64,000 nucleotides of DNA. Source: Thermoanaerobaculia bacterium. GTDB lineage: Bacteria > Acidobacteriota > Thermoanaerobaculia > Multivoradales > JAGPDF01. Below the pieces are notes generated by a model. The model was given only the letters and a program-made list of their open reading frames with translations. It was not told where the DNA came from and made no database searches. Each line of letters starts with the position of its first letter. The first letter of the stretch is position 1. The stretch spans positions 1,182,696 through 1,246,695 of the forward strand of contig JASNYQ010000001.1 of the NCBI GenBank assembly GCA_048500095.1, read 5' to 3'. Below, piece after piece: positions 59,023 to 64,000 of this stretch. Both the position numbers and the translations under genes were made by a program.

Positions 59023-61293
59023 TCAACCGGCGCGCAGCTCGGCGATCCGGCGCTCCCAGGCGAGGCGCCTCGGGTGGGACGGGTCGAGCTGGAGCAGTAC
59101 CTTGAGGGTCAGCTCGGCCTCGGCGACACGGCCGGCGGCGAGGAGCTCCTCGAGCTGGCGGGCTCCCTGCTCGGCCCCCTGCTGGCGGCGCTGGATCTCC
59201 TCCAGGCGCGTCACCTCGGCGAACATCGCGCCGGGACGGGAGGAGGCGGGGAGCGTGTCGCCGTACTCGGCGGCCACGTCGCGCGCCGCCGCCCACTCCT
59301 TGGCGGAGATCGCCTCGCGGTAGCGCCGCTCGAATACGGCGGCGCGCCCCTCGGCCGCCTGCTGCTGCCGCGCCTCGTCGAGGCGGGTGCGATAGCTCGC
59401 GGCCGCCACCCGCGGCAGGCCGAGACCGGCCAGGCGCTCGAGCTGGCGCTCCGCCTCGTCGAGGCGGCGCCCCTCGAGCGCCTCCTCGAGCCGGGCGCGC
59501 AGCGTCGCGAGCTCGCTCTCCCGCCGCTCGCGCCGCTCCGTCTCGTCGATCTCGGCCGAGAGGCGGCCGGTGGACTCGCCGCCGGGATCGACCCGGGAGA
59601 GCGCCTCGAGCTGGCGCCGCGCGCCGCGCAGGTCGCCGGTCGCGAGCGCCGCGCGACCCGCCTCGAGCAGGCGCTCGGCCTGCTCGAGGACCGCCGCCTC
59701 CTGGCCGATCATCTCGACCCAGGTCTCGTAGTCGGCTCGCTTGGGGTGGGTCGGCGCGAGCTCGAGCAGCGAGTCGAGAGCGAGCCGCGCGAGCGCCTGC
59801 TTGCGCTCCTTGATGTACTTGCCGAGCAGCACCTCGGTCTCGCGCAGCTGGCCCTCCCGCTCCCGCCCCTCGCGGGCCGCCTCCACCCGCGCCCGCAGCG
59901 GCGCGAACGCCGGCGCCTCGCCGAGCTCGCCCTCCGCCTCCGCGATCAGGGCGGCGGCCTCGTCGAGCTGCTCGGCGGCGAGCGCGGCCTCGAGGCGCGC
60001 GCCGAGCTCGGCCAGCCGCCGCTCGCGCCGGGCGCGCTCGTGGGCCTGGCCGACGTCCGCCAGCGCCCGCTTCAGATCGGCCAGCCCCTGGTGACGCGGG
60101 TTGGCGGCCTCGAGGCGCGCGGCGAGGGCGCGCGCCTCGTCGATCTTGCCGGCCTGGAGCGCCGCCTCGGCGCGCTCGAGCAGGCGGGCGGCGGTGGCCG
60201 CCCGGTCGATCTGGGCGAGCAGGTCCAGCCGCTCCTCGCGCGAGAGCTCGCGGGTCACGGGGCGCCCCGCGGCGGGCGCGGCCGGGGCGGCGGCCAGCGG
60301 GGGCACCGCGGCGGCGGGAACCACCGGGGAGCCGGGCAGCGGCGTCGTCGGCCGCGGCGCCTGCCGCTTCGAAGAGGAGGTCACCCCGAGGGCCGGCAGC
60401 TCCTGGGTCGCCACCTGGCGCAGCAGGTCGGCGACCCGCGCCAGGCCGTGGAGGAACGTGGGGGCGTCCGGATAGCGGGCTTCGCGGTCGCGGGCGAGCG
60501 CCCGGCGCACCACCTTCTCGAGCTCCTCGGGCACCCGCACCTTCGGGTTGCGGCTGGCGAGCGGCAGCGGATCCTCGGAGAGCCGCTTGAAGACGAAGCC
60601 GTGCTCGTTCTCCGAATCGAAGGGGGGCAGGCCGCAGACCATCTCGTAGAGCACGGCGCCGTACGAGTAGAGATCGCTGCGGTGGTCGATCGCCCCCTCC
60701 TTGAGCGACCCGGCCTGCTCCGGGGAGCAGTACATCAGCTTGCCCATGAACATCCCGGCCTGCGTGATCTCGAGATTGCCGCTGCCGGCCGAGAGGTTCT
60801 TCGCCAGCCCGAGGTCGATGATCTTGAGCAGCGCGCGCCCCTTGACGTCGCGCGTGATCATCAGGTTGTCGGGCGAGATGTCGCGGTGGATGACGCCCGC
60901 CGAGTGGATGGCCTCGAGGCCGCGCAGCCCCTGGATTCCGAGCTCGACCGCGAGCTGGATCGGGAACGGCCCCTTGGCCCGCAGCCAGGTGCCGACGTCC
61001 TCCCCCTCGATGTGCTCCCAGACCATGTAGAAGCTGCCGTCGTCGAGGCGCGAGAAGTCGTAGAGGATCGCCACGTTCGGGTGCTTGATCTGGGTGGCGA
61101 TCCGCGCCTCCTGCGAGAAGCGCTGGATGGCGGTGGGGTCGGCGGCCTTGTCCTGGCGCAGGATCTTGATGACCCGCTGTTCGTGCAGGTGGACGTGGCG
61201 GACGCGGAACACCTCGCCCATCCCGCCGGCGCCGAGGCGCTCCAGGATCTCGTACTTGCCGTCGAGGACGGAACCGGCCTTGTAGGCGCTCAA
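59023..61293 (-). CDS. Hanks-type Ser/Thr protein kinase with C-terminal TPR-like region
   Basis: GAGGMGEV, VIKIL, HRDISPDNLMI, DLGLAK, SPEQ. Confidence 0.9.
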   Translation of the reverse strand: MSAYKAGSVLDGKYEILERLGAGGMGEVFRVRHVHLHEQRVIKILRQDKAADPTAIQRFSQEARIATQIKHPNVAILYDFSRLDDGSFYMVWEHIEGEDVGTWLRAKGPFPIQLAVELGIQGLRGLEAIHSAGVIHRDISPDNLMITRDVKGRALLKIIDLGLAKNLSAGSGNLEITQAGMFMGKLMYCSPEQAGSLKEGAIDHRSDLYSYGAVLYEMVCGLPPFDSENEHGFVFKRLSEDPLPLASRNPKVRVPEELEKVVRRALARDREARYPDAPTFLHGLARVADLLRQVATQELPALGVTSSSKRQAPRPTTPLPGSPVVPAAAVPPLAAAPAAPAAGRPVTRELSREERLDLLAQIDRAATAARLLERAEAALQAGKIDEARALAARLEAANPRHQGLADLKRALADVGQAHERARRERRLAELGARLEAALAAEQLDEAAALIAEAEGELGEAPAFAPLRARVEAAREGREREGQLRETEVLLGKYIKERKQALARLALDSLLELAPTHPKRADYETWVEMIGQEAAVLEQAERLLEAGRAALATGDLRGARRQLEALSRVDPGGESTGRLSAEIDETERRERRESELATLRARLEEALEGRRLDEAERQLERLAGLGLPRVAAASYRTRLDEARQQQAAEGRAAVFERRYREAISAKEWAAARDVAAEYGDTLPASSRPGAMFAEVTRLEEIQRRQQGAEQGARQLEELLAAGRVAEAELTLKVLLQLDPSHPRRLAWERRIAELRAG

Positions 61294-61378
61294 GAGGGGC
61301 GGGACCTCGCTCTGGTCACGGTTCGGGATTGTACGCTACGCCGCCGCCGGCGCCGCCGCCATCCCGTAAGATCGGGCC

Positions 61379-63484
61379 GTGCTCCACCCGCAGGCCGTGA
61401 CTACCGACCTTCGCGGCAGGGCCCGGCAGCTCCGCGCCGCGGCCGCCACCGCGGTCCCGGGACTCGCCTCGGGGCTCCGGCGGCGGGCCGTGGTCTCGGC
61501 CCTCGCCGTCCTCCTCCTCGCCGGACTCTGGGCCCGCGGCCAGGCGAGCCGGGAGGGTCTGCCCTACCTCCACCACTGGGACGAGCCGTTCGTGGCCAAC
61601 CGCGCCCTGCGGATCCTCCAGACCGGCGACTTCAACCCCCGCTTCTTCAACTACGGCTCGCTGCGCATCTACCTCGACGCGGCCGTCGACGTCGCCGGCT
61701 TCTACCGGCTCGCCACGCGCGGCGAGGAGGAGGCCGAGCGCCTCGACTCGGTGGCCCAGATCGGCTTCCGCGGCGCCCGCGAGGACGACCTGGTGACCGA
61801 CCCCGCGCGGCCCCCCTGGTCGGTCTCGCACCCCACCTTCTACCTCTGGAATCGATATCTGACCGCCGTCTTCGGGATCGCCGCGGCCGCCCTCGCCTTC
61901 CTGCTCGCCCGGGCCCTGGGCGGCCCGGCGGCCGGTCTCTTCGCCGCCGCGACGGTCGCCCTCAATCCCTTCCACATCGAGCAGTCCTCGTACGTCACCA
62001 CGGACGTGCCCGCCTCCGTGTTCGCCCTCGCCGCCCTCCTCGCCACGCTCGCCTTCGCGGACCGGCACCGCCCGCGCGACCTGCTCCTCGCCGGGGTCGC
62101 AGTGGGCCTGGCGACCGCGACGAAGTACAACGCGGCGGTGGTCGGACTGGTGCCCGCCGCGGCCCTGGCCGTCGCCGCCGTCCGGCGCTCGCCGGGAACC
62201 CGCCGCTGGCTCTGGTTCGGGCTGCCCGCGAGCGCGGCGATCTCCTTCCTGGCCGCGACACCGTACGCCCTGCTCGACCTGCCCACCTTCCTCGACCACA
62301 CGGCGCGGATGCTGCGCTCCTACGTCGTGGAGCGCGAGTCCCTCTTCGCGGTCGAGCCCGGTTGGCCGCACTTCGCCACCGACCTCGCTGCGTTCACGCA
62401 GCACCTGGGGCCGATCCTGGCGCTGGCCGCCGTGGCCGGCCTGGTCTTCGCCCTGCGCCGCCCCCGGGCGTGGGTCGTGCTGCCGATCGGTCTCGTCGTG
62501 CTCGCCGCCACCGCCGCCACGCGCGCCAACTTCCACCGCAACCTCGTCCTCTGCTACCCGCTCGCAGGGGTGGCCGCCGGGCTGCTCTTCGCCGCCTGCC
62601 TGCCCGCCGCGGCGCAGCGCCGCACGCGGACCCGCGCCGTCCTGGCCGTGGTCCTGCTCGCGGGGCTCGCCCAGATGGGCGCGGCCGGGCTCCAGCACGG
62701 CTGGCACCGCGGCCGGTTGCGCGAGACCCGGAGCCAGATCGTCGACCGGCTCGCCGCGGAGGGGGCCGCGCTCGCCGGCTCCCGGCTCGGGGTGGCCCGC
62801 GAGGTCGGCCTCCACGAGCTCGACCTCGCCCGCCTCCACCTCGAGGTCGAGGTGCGCGGGTTGCGCGAGCTCCTCTGCGCCCCGCACGCGGAGGATCTGC
62901 TCCTGCTGCCCACTCGCCCGGCGGCCGGCTCCCCGATCGACCGGGAGGCGCTGGAGGACCTGAGCCGCCTCGTGGCCGCCTCCGGCCCGCCGCTGCTCGC
63001 CGTGGCGCCCGAGAACCCGCTCTCCCTCGATGCTCCGATCGCGGATCCCGGCCTCGCGCTCTACCCGGCGCCGCCGGCGGGTGCCGTGCCGGTCGCCTGC
63101 GCGGCCGGCGGCGTTCGCTGGGCGGACCTGACCCTCGCCGGCGGGGGTGGCACCAACGAGCGGACGTTCGGCCTGGCGCCGGGCGCGGTGGCGATGTCCC
63201 CGGGCTACGCCCTGCCGGACGGCGCGCTCTCCTTCGCGGTCGAGGCCACCGCGGTCGACGCGGGCGCAGGGAGCGAGCTGGAGGTCGAGGTCGTGACCTC
63301 CCTGCCCGCGCCCGGCCGGGTGCTCGAACGCGCCCGCCTGCCGGCCGGTCGCACCCGCCGGATCCTCGAGCTGTCGGTCCCGGGCGGGTCGGCGGCGGGA
63401 GTCGCCCTCCGGCTCTCGGTGCCGCCGGACGCCTCCTCCGGCGTCCTGCTCCACGGCATCTGGGTCGCCCCCGCGGGCCCCTGA
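61379..63484 (+). CDS. GT39/PMT-like (ArnT-family) membrane glycosyltransferase
   Basis: Multi-TM N-terminal half with HHWDE loop motif, plus a large C-terminal soluble domain. Confidence 0.55.
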   Translation: MLHPQAVTTDLRGRARQLRAAAATAVPGLASGLRRRAVVSALAVLLLAGLWARGQASREGLPYLHHWDEPFVANRALRILQTGDFNPRFFNYGSLRIYLDAAVDVAGFYRLATRGEEEAERLDSVAQIGFRGAREDDLVTDPARPPWSVSHPTFYLWNRYLTAVFGIAAAALAFLLARALGGPAAGLFAAATVALNPFHIEQSSYVTTDVPASVFALAALLATLAFADRHRPRDLLLAGVAVGLATATKYNAAVVGLVPAAALAVAAVRRSPGTRRWLWFGLPASAAISFLAATPYALLDLPTFLDHTARMLRSYVVERESLFAVEPGWPHFATDLAAFTQHLGPILALAAVAGLVFALRRPRAWVVLPIGLVVLAATAATRANFHRNLVLCYPLAGVAAGLLFAACLPAAAQRRTRTRAVLAVVLLAGLAQMGAAGLQHGWHRGRLRETRSQIVDRLAAEGAALAGSRLGVAREVGLHELDLARLHLEVEVRGLRELLCAPHAEDLLLLPTRPAAGSPIDREALEDLSRLVAASGPPLLAVAPENPLSLDAPIADPGLALYPAPPAGAVPVACAAGGVRWADLTLAGGGGTNERTFGLAPGAVAMSPGYALPDGALSFAVEATAVDAGAGSELEVEVVTSLPAPGRVLERARLPAGRTRRILELSVPGGSAAGVALRLSVPPDASSGVLLHGIWVAPAGP

Positions 63485-63550
63485 AAGGGAACGGGCCGGC
63501 GGCGCGCGGCGCCACCGGCCCTCCTGTTCCGCGGCGAGCGCCGCGGGTCC

Positions 63551-64000
63551 CTACGGCGTCTTGACCGGATCGGCCGGGCGCGCCGGGAGCCGCTTCGGCT
63601 CCCGCTCCATGCGCGCGAGCACCTCCTCGATCGCACGGTCGAGCTGCGGGTCGCGGCCCGCGATCACCGAGGCCGGGTCGTTCTCCACCTCGATGTCCGG
63701 CTCCACGCCGTGGCCCTCGATGATGTAGCTGCCGTCCACGTCGTTGGTCGCCTGCTGCGGCACGAAGACGGTGCCGCCGTCGACCAGCGGCCCGGTGCCC
63801 GAGATGCCGACCACACCGCCCCACGAGCGCTTGCCGATGAGCGGCCCCAGCCCCGCCTTCTGGAACCGGGCCGGGAAGATGTCGCCGTCGGAGGCCGAGG
63901 TCTCGTTGAGCAGCGCCACCATGTGGCCGTGGAAGACGGTGTAGGGATAGGTCGCCGGGTGGTCGCTGGCGTAGCCGAACCGCGTCCCGAGGAGCACCGA
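63551..64000 (-). CDS. S41-family (tricorn-like) peptidase, C-terminal fragment; 5' end beyond window
   Basis: [13 protein letters not shown]...[28 protein letters not shown] resembles the tricorn/S41 C-terminus. Stop at 63551. Confidence 0.55.
   Translation of the reverse strand, partial: SVLLGTRFGYASDHPATYPYTVFHGHMVALLNETSASDGDIFPARFQKAGLGPLIGKRSWGGVVGISGTGPLVDGGTVFVPQQATNDVDGSYIIEGHGVEPDIEVENDPASVIAGRDPQLDRAIEEVLARMEREPKRLPARPADPVKTP

Overview
High-GC (~70-72%) bacterial chromosomal window, densely coding on both strands, with many spurious long ORFs in alternate frames. The tRNA-Gln(CUG) (25551..25624), glnS, gltX, msrA, rsgA, a DEAD-box helicase, a Hanks-type Ser/Thr kinase, tandem UspA, a GGDEF cyclase and a class D (OXA-like) beta-lactamase are housekeeping or accessory genes I am confident about. 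Four things stand out. (1) 11500..23389 holds two tandem ~1860-aa secreted paralogues with the order CSLREA-like N-domain + beta-helix / PA14 / cohesin-like module / FN3 / long tract of ~50-aa W-rich repeats / paired dockerin-like Ca-loops / C-terminal cohesin-like module, followed by a stand-alone 207-aa secreted cohesin-like protein. This looks like a self-contained cohesin-dockerin-type assembly system outside the classic cellulosome context. The 3' ~450 bp of the two giant genes are ~97% identical at DNA level. (2) A 3-gene operon 6200..10008 encodes an MFS transporter with a C-terminal FHA domain, a kinase-like domain fused to a cNMP-binding domain, and a zinc-ribbon + kinase-like paralogue. 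Both kinase-like domains keep the Gly-loop and the VAIK lysine but carry SISPNNV in place of the HRD catalytic loop. The block is bracketed by two copies of a 19-23-bp perfect-inverted-repeat hairpin element (5004..5086 and 10008..10092). (3) A dispersed ~20-bp REP-like repeat (consensus RGGTGCCAGGCGAYYTGCRGG) occurs more than 15 times in intergenic clusters, and one pair of clusters flanks, in inverted orientation, an IS200/RayT-like HUH transposase homologue (REPtron-like). (4) A lower-GC island (~36.4-44.8 kb) carries that REPtron, a 5'-truncated RHS/YD-repeat gene with an unassigned C-terminal toxin domain and a start/stop-overlapped small membrane immunity-like gene, a secreted Cys-rich protein with an ABC exporter and a WCGPC thioredoxin-like gene, then an ECF sigma factor. 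No CRISPR array or rRNA was seen.
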